Below are positions 50,854-59,503 of a stretch of DNA of 64,000 nt, piece by piece (position 1 is the stretch's first letter; each line of letters begins with the position of its first letter). This DNA is from a virus: positions 96,001 to 160,000 of the IMG/VR virus record IMGVR_UViG_3300044825_001821; one strand, written 5' to 3'. The notes beneath the pieces were generated by a model. That model was not told where the DNA came from, ran no database searches, and saw nothing but the letters and a program-made list of their open reading frames with translations. The position numbers and the translations under genes are program-made.

Positions 50854-51012
50854 ATGTCAGAATTGCAAGATTTTGTTGACGAAAATGAAATAGGTTATCA
50901 ATTTGCTTTACTTGATGTCAAAAATGCAATAGATACATATGGTATCGAAATAGTATTTCAAGCCTTGGACTTGACAAGTATTTCCATACCTGATAAAATG
51001 GTTATTCAATGA
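50854..51012 (+). CDS. Small hypothetical protein (52 aa, MSELQDFVDENEIG...), not in ORF track
   Basis: Strong RBS gaggagg; directly downstream of a consensus promoter. Confidence 0.55.
   Translation: MSELQDFVDENEIGYQFALLDVKNAIDTYGIEIVFQALDLTSISIPDKMVIQ
50971..50999 (+). promoter_or_regulatory. Sigma70-type (early) promoter
   Basis: TTGACA-N17-TAAAAT with extended TG, upstream of 51028. Confidence 0.75.
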
Positions 51013-51027
51013 TGCAAGGGTTATCAA

Positions 51028-53286
51028 ATGAATAACATTCAAAATCAAAAATCCGGTCTTGCCAAACTGATGGCGACCGAGAATCTTACAGTTCAACATT
51101 CCAAAGTCTCAACGGCAATGTTCGATCCTAAAAACCGTGTTCTCATTTGCCCTATTTGGGAACAAATGTCTGGCGATCTTTATGACTTGCTAATGGGTCA
51201 TGAAGTTGGTCACGCTATCGATACACCTGCCGACGGTTGGCATGGTGCTGTACATGATCGTGGTTCAAACTACAAAGGCTTTTTGAATGTAGTTGAAGAT
51301 GCACGTATTGAGAAACGTCAGAAACGCCGTTACCCTGGCTTGCGCCGTTCATTTATCAACGGCTTCAATGAATTGATGAAGCGTGACTTCTTTAATATTG
51401 GTGAACGTGAAGTCAATACATTTCCTTTCATTGATCGACTGAACATGTATACCAAATCTGGTTATACAATGCAAATTACATTCAATGCAAAAGAGCAAGA
51501 GTTCGTTGAACGTGTTCAGGCTTGTGAAACATGGGAAGATGTTCTCAAAGTTACTGATGAGATTTGGGAATATTCAAAAGAAGAACAATCACAAACTAAC
51601 ATTCCACAAGACAGTTTTGGTTTTGATGATAACAGTGCCACTGATGAACAAGAAGTAGGTTCGGGTGAAGGTGATGCTGAGACTGAAGCAAAAGGCAACA
51701 ATAAGTCTAAAGCAAGTGATAAAGGTGATGATGGTGATCAAGAAAGAGAATCACAATCATCAAGTGGCGACACGGAAGAAGGTGACGATGATGGTGGTGA
51801 AGATGGTGATGTTATCAATCGTTTCAAAGAATCACGTAGCACAAACGAAAACTTTGAGCCACGTTGTGAAACGGATGAAAACTTTCGTCGTAACGAATCT
51901 TCTTTGATTGACAAGAAAGCACGTGAGTATGTGTATGTCAACATACCGCAACCAAATCTGAAGAAAATTATTACACCTGCAAAACGTGTACATGAAATTC
52001 TTACCTCTGAGTTTTCCGATCAGCGTACAGATTATGAAACACTTTCTAACAATCTGTACAGTGAATTTCGCCGTAAGAACGAACGATTCATTTCGCTATT
52101 GGCAAAAGAATTTGAGATGCGTAAAGCGGCTGATAAGTTTTCAAAAGCAAAAACTGCCGACACAGGCGATATTGACGTTAGCCGTATCTTCAAATATCAG
52201 ATTGATGATGCTATCTTCAAAAAAGTTATGCGTGTACCAAAGGGTAAATCACATGGCTTGATTCTGTTACTTGATAAGTCTGGCTCAATGACCGAGAATT
52301 TGTCGGCATCATACGAACAAATTCTAGTGTTGGCTTCCTTTTGCCGTAAAGTAAACATACCGTTTGCTGCATATGGTTTTGGTAACGCTGACAATATTCG
52401 TGAACTAGATTTTCCTGGTGGTGAAACCAAACCGTTTTCAAATGGTTGTTTCAGTGAAAACTATAAAGATATGTTTGTATCACCTGTATATCTGCGTGAG
52501 ATGATCAATTCCAAGATGAGCAACTCAGAATTTTCTAAGGCAACAAAAAATATTCTGTGCCTTGCTGATGCTTGGTCAATGGCATCCAGATATGGTTATT
52601 ATGGTAAAAACTTTTACCGCCCACCGTCAGATGGATTATCTAATACCCCATTGTCAGAGGCATTGATTGCTAGTCAAACATTAATCAATGAGTTTCGTCA
52701 AGTAAATAATCTTGATATTGTAAACCTCTGTGTTGTACATGACGGTGATGCTGACGATATCAATTCGTACTACAACGAAACAATGCGCCGTAACTTTATT
52801 AATAGCAGATATCAAAATGTTTTCTTGGTAGATAAGAAAAACAAAGTGCAACAAGAGGTACCTGCTGATGAAGATGGTATGCGAATTGCTATCTCAAAGT
52901 GGTTAACGAAAACAACTGGCGTAAAGATTATTGGTTTTTATCTGACACCGAATAGTCAAATGAAAGGTGCCTTGCGCCGCCGTTTATTTAACGAAGATGT
53001 AAATCGTTTTCGTAATGATCCAAGCAAAAGGTATGAATTGCATGATACAATAGCTAAGTATCAAAAGGTACTGAAGAAAGATAAGTATCTTGAATCGAAG
53101 AATGATGGTTATGAATCATTCTTTATTCTACCTGGTGGTACTGATCTTGGTGTTGATGATGAAGAATTCGAAGCGCCAACAAAAGTTACCACGGCAACTT
53201 TGACTAAGGCATTCTCTAAGTTTGCCAAGAGCCGTCAAGTCAACCGTGTGTTGGTGTCACGATTCATCGGTATGATAGCAATGTGA
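51028..53286 (+). CDS. Metallopeptidase-like + vWA domain protein (CobT-like partner of a MoxR/CobS AAA)
   Basis: HEVGH, NVVEDARIE, acidic linker, MIDAS LLDKSGSM...TPL...HDGD. Confidence 0.85.
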   Translation: MNNIQNQKSGLAKLMATENLTVQHSKVSTAMFDPKNRVLICPIWEQMSGDLYDLLMGHEVGHAIDTPADGWHGAVHDRGSNYKGFLNVVEDARIEKRQKRRYPGLRRSFINGFNELMKRDFFNIGEREVNTFPFIDRLNMYTKSGYTMQITFNAKEQEFVERVQACETWEDVLKVTDEIWEYSKEEQSQTNIPQDSFGFDDNSATDEQEVGSGEGDAETEAKGNNKSKASDKGDDGDQERESQSSSGDTEEGDDDGGEDGDVINRFKESRSTNENFEPRCETDENFRRNESSLIDKKAREYVYVNIPQPNLKKIITPAKRVHEILTSEFSDQRTDYETLSNNLYSEFRRKNERFISLLAKEFEMRKAADKFSKAKTADTGDIDVSRIFKYQIDDAIFKKVMRVPKGKSHGLILLLDKSGSMTENLSASYEQILVLASFCRKVNIPFAAYGFGNADNIRELDFPGGETKPFSNGCFSENYKDMFVSPVYLREMINSKMSNSEFSKATKNILCLADAWSMASRYGYYGKNFYRPPSDGLSNTPLSEALIASQTLINEFRQVNNLDIVNLCVVHDGDADDINSYYNETMRRNFINSRYQNVFLVDKKNKVQQEVPADEDGMRIAISKWLTKTTGVKIIGFYLTPNSQMKGALRRRLFNEDVNRFRNDPSKRYELHDTIAKYQKVLKKDKYLESKNDGYESFFILPGGTDLGVDDEEFEAPTKVTTATLTKAFSKFAKSRQVNRVLVSRFIGMIAM

Positions 53287-53291
53287 TAATA

Positions 53292-53329
53292 AAATGCCAC
53301 TTGACAAGTTGGTGGCATTTCTTTATAAT
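53292..53329 (+). promoter_or_regulatory. Perfect sigma70 promoter inside an inverted repeat
   Basis: TTGACA(53301)-N17-TATAAT(53324); aaatgccac...gtggcattt flank the -35. Confidence 0.85.
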
Positions 53330-53361
53330 GGAAGTTCTTAACGTGAGATGGAGTTTATATT

Positions 53362-54540
53362 ATGACAAGTCGTTCTGACAAGCGCCAGTTGTTTCTTGAT
53401 GCTCTTATTGCAACTGGCAAAGCAGAAGTTTCACTTGATGAAATTCGTGATCTTTCTGATAACATGGGTATACCAGTGCCACAATGGTTCACAAAAGATG
53501 AAATTAATAAGGTGAAGCGTGGTGTATATCGTGTTCCTAAAGCCACCCAAACGCCCGCTATTGAACTCTCAGCACAAGTAATCCCAATGACAAAGACTGA
53601 GAATCCAACAGGCAATCGTATTGCTAATGTGACAACTGATCTTGAGATTGAAAATCTGATTCCTTCTCAATATAGCAACTATGTACCTTTTGGCAACTTT
53701 GAAGATGTGTTGTCAATTGTGCAATCAAAACAATTCTTTCCTGTATTCATCACCGGTCAATCTGGTAACGGTAAGACCATGTCCATTGAACAGGCTTGTG
53801 CCAAAGCAAAACGCAAATTCGTTTGCGTATCAATGACACCTGATACTGATGAGGGTGACTTGCTTGGTAACTATGTTCTGATCAACGGTCAGATGGAATG
53901 GCGTGACGGTCCTGTGACTGTTGCTGCCCGTCAGGGTGCTGTTCTGTGTATCGATGAGATTGATTATGGTGCTCAGAATCTTTCTTGCTTACAACGTGTA
54001 CTTGAAGGTAAGCCATTCTTGCTGAAGAAAAAGAATGAACTGGTTGCACCCGCACCTGGCTTTACCGTGTTTGCTACTGCTAACACAAAAGGTAAAGGCT
54101 CCGAAGATGGTCGTTATATGTTTACCAATGTGTTGAACGAAGCGTTTCTTGAGCGTTTCCCTAACACTATGGAACAAGAATGGCCGCCTGCTAAGATCGA
54201 AGAAAAGATCATCGGCAAAGAACTTGATGCAGTTGGTCGTGCTGATGCAACATTTGCCAAGAATCTTGTAACATGGGCGAATGCAATTCGTACTACGTTT
54301 GCCGATGGTGGCTGTGATGAAGTTATTTCTACACGCCGTCTGGTACACATTGTCAAAACGTTTGGTATCTACAATGACAAAAAGAAAGCAATTGAGTATT
54401 GCTTGAATCGTTTTGATGCCGATACCAAAGCAACTTTCTTTGACTTGTATACTAAAGTCGATGCTGGTATTGATCCTACCGTTACGGCAGAACCAGAAGT
54501 GAAGCCTGCCGCAACTGAGGGCGAAGAAGTGCCGTTTTAA
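53362..54540 (+). CDS. cobS: CobS/MoxR-like AAA+ ATPase
   Basis: GQSGNGKT, LCIDEID, ATANTKGKG, NEAFLERF, ISTRRL. Confidence 0.88.
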   Translation: MTSRSDKRQLFLDALIATGKAEVSLDEIRDLSDNMGIPVPQWFTKDEINKVKRGVYRVPKATQTPAIELSAQVIPMTKTENPTGNRIANVTTDLEIENLIPSQYSNYVPFGNFEDVLSIVQSKQFFPVFITGQSGNGKTMSIEQACAKAKRKFVCVSMTPDTDEGDLLGNYVLINGQMEWRDGPVTVAARQGAVLCIDEIDYGAQNLSCLQRVLEGKPFLLKKKNELVAPAPGFTVFATANTKGKGSEDGRYMFTNVLNEAFLERFPNTMEQEWPPAKIEEKIIGKELDAVGRADATFAKNLVTWANAIRTTFADGGCDEVISTRRLVHIVKTFGIYNDKKKAIEYCLNRFDADTKATFFDLYTKVDAGIDPTVTAEPEVKPAATEGEEVPF

Positions 54541-54543
54541 TTA

Positions 54544-54572
54544 TTGACAGGGACTTCGGTTCCTGTTATAAT
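54544..54572 (+). promoter_or_regulatory. Perfect sigma70 promoter whose spacer is a cUUCGg hairpin
   Basis: TTGACA-N17-TATAAT; gacagggac-TTCG-gttcctgtt. Confidence 0.85.
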
Positions 54573-54647
54573 TTGTAGTGTAGTAAAACAATCTGCCAAT
54601 TGTGGCAACCAACCAAACGCCGTCGGCGTATCTTAGGAGTAATATGT

Positions 54648-56090
54648 ATGAGTAAAGTTGTACTTTTTAATCACAAAACGTTCAATCTTGAACAGTGGTC
54701 AATTGAAGAGATTATTCGGTGTATCAATTCACCCACAGAAAAAATTCAAGTAATGCCGCCAGAATTTCAGCGTGACTTTATAGCATCGCTGAAATGGCAG
54801 CGTGATCTTATAGATTCATTCTACAATGGTCTATCATCTAATTTAATTCACTTTCGTAAACTTGATAAAGAAAAAGCGTCTAAGATTGGTTTTGCCTATC
54901 AATGTCTTGATGGTTTACAGAGACTTTCTACTACGATCAATTTTGTCAATAATAAATTTGATGATAATAACGGAAAATTTTTTCGTGAACTCTCAAAAAA
55001 AGAGCAAGAAAATGTTCTTTCATACACCTTCACATTGTATGTCTATGCTGAAACTATGACAGATGAAGAGGCGGGTGAAACTTTTTGTCGTATTAATAAT
55101 GCAAATGATCTGAATGATCAAGAAATGCTTAATGCTATTCCTGGTTATGTATCACAAACAGTTCGTAGCCAGGCACGTTCCGGTCAAACTACATCTGTAC
55201 TGCCTGTGTTTGAAACGTATATTGATGTTAAAGGTACACGCCGTCCTAAAAATGGACTTGGAATGTTGCCTGGTGTACGTTTGGCATATGATGCTTTGCT
55301 TGCAAGATGGTATACAGTTGAATACGATAAACAGAAAAATCCAAACAACTTAGCCTTTCATGGTTCAGGTATCAACAAACCACATACAACAAAAATGTAT
55401 CGTGATGCTAATTTGAAATCTCAGTATGTTGATGGTAAACCTGTATACCTTGCTGATTATACATGGGCACAACCAAAAGAGTTTGCTTCAATTGAGAAAG
55501 AAGTGATTCGTCGTGCTAAGTTTGTTCACGATTGTCTTAGTGCTGATATTGAAAACAACAAAAAGTTTTTTAAGACTGATGGTAAGATACATGCACTATA
55601 TGATCTTTCTTATGAACTCGAAAATGTTTACGGTAAAAACTGTGTGAAAGATTTTAAAAAATTTGTTCGTGGTGTCAAAGAAGTGCTTGCCACACACCTT
55701 GATGAAAAGAAAAATAAAGACGGTGCTCTTTACTTTCAAAGATTGTTAGGTTGTGGCACTGGTCATGAGATTCTAGAAAAGATTGCATATTTTATGGATG
55801 CTATCTATGCCGATCCAGACTATTTTGGTATAGTTGAAATGGATTATGGTAAGATCAGTGATGCCGATAAGATGCAAATTTTGATTAAGCAGAAGCATAC
55901 CTGCTGGATTGATGAACAAGAAGCCAGTATTGATGATGTTGAAGCAGCACATATCATTGCACGTTCTCTTGGTGGCAAGAATGTAGTAAGTAACTATGTT
56001 TTGGTACGTAAACAATACAACCGCAATATGGGTACAATGACTCCACAAGATTACAAACAGAAATACTTTCCACAATTGTGTGGCAAATAA
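54648..56090 (+). CDS. DUF262 (ParB-like) + C-terminal HNH protein, GmrSD-like nuclease
   Basis: PEFQR...LIDS...LDGLQRLSTT...F.RIN (DUF262 motifs); AAHIIARSLGG..V.SNY.L....YN (HNH). Start at the ATG after aggag. Confidence 0.82.
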   Translation: MSKVVLFNHKTFNLEQWSIEEIIRCINSPTEKIQVMPPEFQRDFIASLKWQRDLIDSFYNGLSSNLIHFRKLDKEKASKIGFAYQCLDGLQRLSTTINFVNNKFDDNNGKFFRELSKKEQENVLSYTFTLYVYAETMTDEEAGETFCRINNANDLNDQEMLNAIPGYVSQTVRSQARSGQTTSVLPVFETYIDVKGTRRPKNGLGMLPGVRLAYDALLARWYTVEYDKQKNPNNLAFHGSGINKPHTTKMYRDANLKSQYVDGKPVYLADYTWAQPKEFASIEKEVIRRAKFVHDCLSADIENNKKFFKTDGKIHALYDLSYELENVYGKNCVKDFKKFVRGVKEVLATHLDEKKNKDGALYFQRLLGCGTGHEILEKIAYFMDAIYADPDYFGIVEMDYGKISDADKMQILIKQKHTCWIDEQEASIDDVEAAHIIARSLGGKNVVSNYVLVRKQYNRNMGTMTPQDYKQKYFPQLCGK

Positions 56091-56105
56091 GTAACACCTT
56101 TGCCT

Positions 56106-56143
56106 GAGGGAGTGTTGACACACTCTCTCTTTTTTTATATAAT
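56106..56143 (+). terminator. Terminator hairpin whose loop carries the -35 of an overlapping sigma70 promoter
   Basis: gagggagtgt-tgac-acactctctc plus T7; TTGACA(56115)-N17-TATAAT(56138). Confidence 0.82.
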
Positions 56144-56152
56144 GTTAAGTAT

Positions 56153-56193
56153 GTAGAGAAAAGTCGCCTCTACTAATATATTTTTGTGCGACT
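56153..56193 (+). ncRNA. Predicted H-type pseudoknot in the 5' UTR of the HTH gene
   Basis: Stem 1 gtagag/ctctac; loop agtcgc pairs with downstream gcgact. Confidence 0.55.
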
Positions 56194-56216
56194 AATTTTT
56201 TTATGGAGTAAATTGA

Positions 56217-56480
56217 ATGTCTGCTAAAGAGAAAATTCTAAAGTTCCTTTCTAAGGACGGTCCTTACAATACCTTGACTGCCGCACAAGCACGTGCTCGT
56301 TTCGGTATCGTAAATGTTGGTGCTCGTATTGAAGAACTACGTGCAGAGGGTTACTGCATCTACACCAACAAGAAAACTCTTGCCGATGGTCGTCGTATCA
56401 CTTACTACAAACTCGGTAAGCCAACCAAGAAAATGATCGCTGCCGCACATGCAGTTCTTGGTGGTCAGGCGTTTGCCTAA
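56217..56480 (+). CDS. Small winged-HTH nucleic-acid-binding protein
   Basis: LTAAQARARFGIVNVGARIEELRAEGYCI...YYKLG; basic. Confidence 0.78.
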   Translation: MSAKEKILKFLSKDGPYNTLTAAQARARFGIVNVGARIEELRAEGYCIYTNKKTLADGRRITYYKLGKPTKKMIAAAHAVLGGQAFA

Positions 56481-56499
56481 AATAGGTTGAAAAATGGTG

Positions 56500-56538
56500 G
56501 AGTGAGAGCATATATATTATGTGTTCTCACTCTTTTTT
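56500..56538 (+). terminator. Rho-independent terminator
   Basis: gagtgagagcatat-atatt-atgtgttctcactc plus T6. Confidence 0.8.
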
Positions 56539-56549
56539 ATGGATAAATT

Positions 56550-57368
56550 ATGCAGATACAAGTCAATATTGAACAACTAAGAAAAAATAAACTGTTCGTT
56601 GCTACACCAATGTATGGTGGCATGGCACATGGATTGTATATTAAATCTTGCCTTGATCTTCAAACCGTAATGATGCGTTATGGAATTGAAGTCAAATTCT
56701 CTTTCCTATTTAACGAATCACTTATCACACGTGCTCGTAATTATCTGGTAGATGAATTTCTACGTTGTGAAGATTTCACACACATGATGTTCATTGACTC
56801 TGATATTCATTTCGATCCGAATGATATCATTGCTTTGATGGCTCTTGATAAAGATATTATTGGTGGACCATATCCTAAAAAGTCAATCAATTGGGGTAAC
56901 ATTGCACAAGCAGCTAGAGCGCACCCAGAACTTGACCCGAAAGAACTTGAGAATCTTGTTGGTGAATATGTTTTCAATGTGGTAAAAGGCACACAACAAT
57001 TTCAAGTATCAGAACCTCTAGAGGTTATGGAGATTGGTACTGGTCACATGATGATGAAACGTGAAGTGTTTACGAAGATGGAGAAAGAATATCCCTTCAT
57101 TCGTTACAAGCCAGATCATATTGGTCAAGCACACTTTGATGGTTCACGTTACATTCATGCTTACTTTGATACTGTAATTGATACCAAAGATTCATGTGTT
57201 GGTGGTGGCTCTGAACGTTATCTATCAGAAGATTATATGTTCTGTCAGATGTGGCGTAAGATGGGTGGTAAAGTTTATCTATGTCCATGGATGAGAACTC
57301 AGCACATTGGTACATATGCGTTTACTGGTAACATGCCCGCTGTTGCTCAGTACACTGGTAGACTTTGA
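56550..57368 (+). CDS. GT-A fold glycosyltransferase-like protein
   Basis: VATPMYGG, ESLITRARN, FIDSDI (DxD), GTG.MMM.REVF, SEDYMFC, HIG. Confidence 0.75.
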   Translation: MQIQVNIEQLRKNKLFVATPMYGGMAHGLYIKSCLDLQTVMMRYGIEVKFSFLFNESLITRARNYLVDEFLRCEDFTHMMFIDSDIHFDPNDIIALMALDKDIIGGPYPKKSINWGNIAQAARAHPELDPKELENLVGEYVFNVVKGTQQFQVSEPLEVMEIGTGHMMMKREVFTKMEKEYPFIRYKPDHIGQAHFDGSRYIHAYFDTVIDTKDSCVGGGSERYLSEDYMFCQMWRKMGGKVYLCPWMRTQHIGTYAFTGNMPAVAQYTGRL

Positions 57369-57634
57369 TTGATTACAAATATAGTGAGGACCGTATTCTT
57401 GACGAGTTGAAACAATATATCGACAAGACATACGGTCAACACTATTCACTAAACAAATTCCAAACTTCAGAATTCATTATAGACTGTGGGCACGGTGAAG
57501 GATTCTTTATTGGAAACATCATGAAGTATGCACAGCGTTATGGCAAAAAGAATGGCTACAATCGTGATGACTTGTTAAAAGTCGTTCACTATGCTATAAT
57601 GGCCTTACATAATCATGACTTGACGAGGAAATAA
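57365..57634 (+). CDS. Conserved phage protein (DUF3310-like)
   Basis: TYGQHYS...GNIMKYAQRYGKK.G..RDDLLKV.HYA. Confidence 0.7.
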   Translation: MIDYKYSEDRILDELKQYIDKTYGQHYSLNKFQTSEFIIDCGHGEGFFIGNIMKYAQRYGKKNGYNRDDLLKVVHYAIMALHNHDLTRK

Positions 57635-57637
57635 ATT

Positions 57638-58318
57638 ATGAAACTATCAAATGATACAATAACTTTGTTGAAGAATTTTGCAACAATCAATCAGGGTATC
57701 ATATTTAAAAAAGGCAAGACGATTCGAACTGTCTCTAGTTTGAAAAATCTAATGGCAGAAGCAACCATCTCAGAAGAAATTCCCACTGAGTTCGGTGTGT
57801 ATGATCTCAACAATTTTCTTTCTGTCTTGACCTTACACAAAGATGATCCTGTTCTTGACTTTAAGGACAACGATGTCATCATTTCTGGTCTGCAAGGACG
57901 AAGTAAAATCAAATATAGATTTTGTGCGCCAAACATGATTGTGGCGCCACCTGAAAATCCTATAAACATGCCTAACCCAGAAATATCTTTTGAGTTCAAA
58001 CAAGAAGATTTTGATTGGTTGATGAAGGCTGCTGCCGTTCTATCTTCTCCTTTCATTGCTTTTGAATCTGACGGCGAAAGAATCTTTGTAAAGGCTTTTG
58101 ATCCTGTGAATGATTCAAGTCATACAGATTCAATTGACATTGCAAAAGGCAATGGTGATATCTATTCAATGTTATTTAAAGTTGAACACATCAAAATGAT
58201 AACAGGCTCATATGATGTGAAGATATCTTCAAAAGGTATATCAAATTTTAAACACAAAAACTTGAATCTTCAGTATTGGATAGCTACTGAAAAAGGTTCC
58301 AAATATGAAAAGGTATAA
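57638..58318 (+). CDS. gp45: Sliding clamp gp45
   Basis: MKLSNDTITLLKNFATINQGI, FGVYDLNNFLS, YWIATE. Confidence 0.93.
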   Translation: MKLSNDTITLLKNFATINQGIIFKKGKTIRTVSSLKNLMAEATISEEIPTEFGVYDLNNFLSVLTLHKDDPVLDFKDNDVIISGLQGRSKIKYRFCAPNMIVAPPENPINMPNPEISFEFKQEDFDWLMKAAAVLSSPFIAFESDGERIFVKAFDPVNDSSHTDSIDIAKGNGDIYSMLFKVEHIKMITGSYDVKISSKGISNFKHKNLNLQYWIATEKGSKYEKV

Positions 58319-58320
58319 AC

Positions 58321-58536
58321 ATGTCTAAATTTGTAAAATTTACGAACGCTGCACAGGGATTTGATGATGATGATCTTTATATCAACGCTGATATTGTCGC
58401 TTCAGTTTTCTCATTGATAGAACCTGGTGGCTCAGATAACAAACTTAATCCATATACAGTCATTTATGGTGTGAATAATATCGACTGGCGTGTAAAAGAA
58501 AGTCTGGAAGATGTTGTTCATCTTCTGAATAACTGA
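58321..58536 (+). CDS. Hypothetical protein
   Basis: 71 aa; LYINADIV...WRVKESLEDV. Confidence 0.6.
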   Translation: MSKFVKFTNAAQGFDDDDLYINADIVASVFSLIEPGGSDNKLNPYTVIYGVNNIDWRVKESLEDVVHLLNN

Positions 58537-58542
58537 TATAAT
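58507..58542 (+). promoter_or_regulatory. Possible sigma70/middle promoter before gp44
   Basis: TTGTTC-N17-TATAAT with extended TG; the -35 lies in the loop of gaagatg/catcttc. Confidence 0.5.
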
Positions 58543-58573
58543 TTTATTATTATGATTTATGTGAAAGGTAACC

Positions 58574-59503
58574 ATGGAACATTTTCTATGGACAGAAAAG
58601 TATCGCCCACAAACAGTCGAGGACTGTATTCTACCAGAACGCTTGAAAGCAGTATTTCAAGAGTACGTGAACCAGAAGCAGATACCAAATCTTCTTCTGG
58701 CTGGTGGAGCAGGCGTGGGCAAGACAACAATCGCCAAGGCAATGTGCAACGAAGTCGGATGCGACTTCATGATACTCAATGGTTCTGATGAGAATGGTGT
58801 TGATACTATTCGTGTCAAAATCAAAAACTATGCTTCATCAATGTCTTTTTCTGGTGGCCGCAAGGTTGTCATTCTAGATGAAGCAGATTATCTAACACCA
58901 AACGCACAAGCGATTCTGCGTAACGCAATCGAAGAGTTTGCTGAAAACTGTTCGTTCATCTTCACTTGTAATTACAAAAGTAAAATCATTGAGCCGTTGC
59001 ACAGTCGATGTGCGGTGATTGAATTTGGTTTGAAAAATGGTGAGAAGCAGAAGATGGCAGCAGCATTCTTCAAACGAATCACACACATACTAGACACAGA
59101 GAAAGTTGAATTTGATGAAAAGGTAATTGCTGAAGTAGTCAAGAAACACTTTCCAGATTTTCGTCGTGTTATCAATGAACTTCAACGCTATTCCAAACTC
59201 GGCAAGATTGATGTAGGCATCCTCTCTCAGATTGGTGACATATCCATCTCACAAATCGTCAAACATCTGAAAGAAAAAGACTTTACATCCGTCCGTAAAT
59301 GGGCAGCAACGACAGACATTGATAGCACGACATTCTTTCGTAAACTGTATGACGCTTTGTATGACATTGTAAAACCACAGAGTATACCACAAGCAGTGTT
59401 GATTCTTGCTGACTATCAGTACAAGCAGGCATTTGTTGCTGATCAAGAGATCAATCTGGTTGCTTGTCTTACAGAGATCATGGCCAACGTGGAGTTCAAA
59501 TGA
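58574..59503 (+). CDS. gp44: Clamp loader large subunit gp44
   Basis: WTEKYRP, GGAGVGKTT, ILDEADYL, SRC. Confidence 0.96.
   Translation: MEHFLWTEKYRPQTVEDCILPERLKAVFQEYVNQKQIPNLLLAGGAGVGKTTIAKAMCNEVGCDFMILNGSDENGVDTIRVKIKNYASSMSFSGGRKVVILDEADYLTPNAQAILRNAIEEFAENCSFIFTCNYKSKIIEPLHSRCAVIEFGLKNGEKQKMAAAFFKRITHILDTEKVEFDEKVIAEVVKKHFPDFRRVINELQRYSKLGKIDVGILSQIGDISISQIVKHLKEKDFTSVRKWAATTDIDSTTFFRKLYDALYDIVKPQSIPQAVLILADYQYKQAFVADQEINLVACLTEIMANVEFK

Noticed and set aside
53362-54540. cobS as evidence of phage cobalamin biosynthesis
   Set aside because: No other cob genes are present; it is better explained as a MoxR-type AAA with a vWA partner.
54596-56087. Similar caattgtg(tg)gcaa sequences at both ends of the DUF262-HNH gene as att/target-site duplication
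   Set aside because: Short and imperfect, the second copy is inside the coding end, and no recombinase is nearby; likely chance.
54648-56090. HNH gene as a homing endonuclease/mobile intron
   Set aside because: It has a long DUF262 N-terminus and interrupts no gene; the architecture matches GmrSD-like proteins.
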